A DNA stretch of 64,000 nt, from NCBI RefSeq assembly GCF_009914755.1, contig NC_060936.1. One strand, written 5' to 3'. A program made the position numbers and the translations under genes. Shown here piece by piece: positions 63,947 through 64,000 of the stretch (positions within the stretch are counted from its first letter, which is position 1; each line of letters starts with the position of its first letter). The stretch is from the human T2T-CHM13v2.0 reference genome, Homo sapiens. The notes below the pieces were generated by a model. That model did not search any database, had not been told where the DNA came from, and saw only the letters and a list, made by a program, of their open reading frames with translations.

Positions 63947-64000
63947 GGAAGAAAGTAGGAATGAATCAGTGCTCATTCTTCTTCCCCATGAGAGCCATTT

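Overview
Primate (almost certainly human) genomic DNA, dense in Alu/LTR/LINE repeats. The first ~35.3 kb holds the 3' half of AACS (acetoacetyl-CoA synthetase) on the + strand. Ten coding exons (probably exons 9-18; numbering recalled) splice with canonical GT-AG sites and consistent phases into a 367-aa C-terminal segment ([10 protein letters not shown]...PELQGF*), followed by a ~1.1 kb 3' UTR and AATAAA at 35272. The remaining ~29 kb shows no further protein-coding gene. It consists of Alus, MaLR/ERVL LTRs, a degraded ERV-L gag region, L1/L2/MIR and DNA-transposon fossils. Almost all ORFs in the supplied track are Alu-derived or chance ORFs. The most unusual feature is a 36/39-bp minisatellite built from the exon-9 5' splice junction itself: it lays down about 9 extra in-frame GT donor sites behind an in-frame stop codon. 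Other notable items are template-switch-like inversions and hairpins in old L1s, a short local templated duplication, and an intact MLT2A solo LTR. I found no convincing wholly new gene system. Repeat subfamily calls are by eye and their boundaries are approximate.
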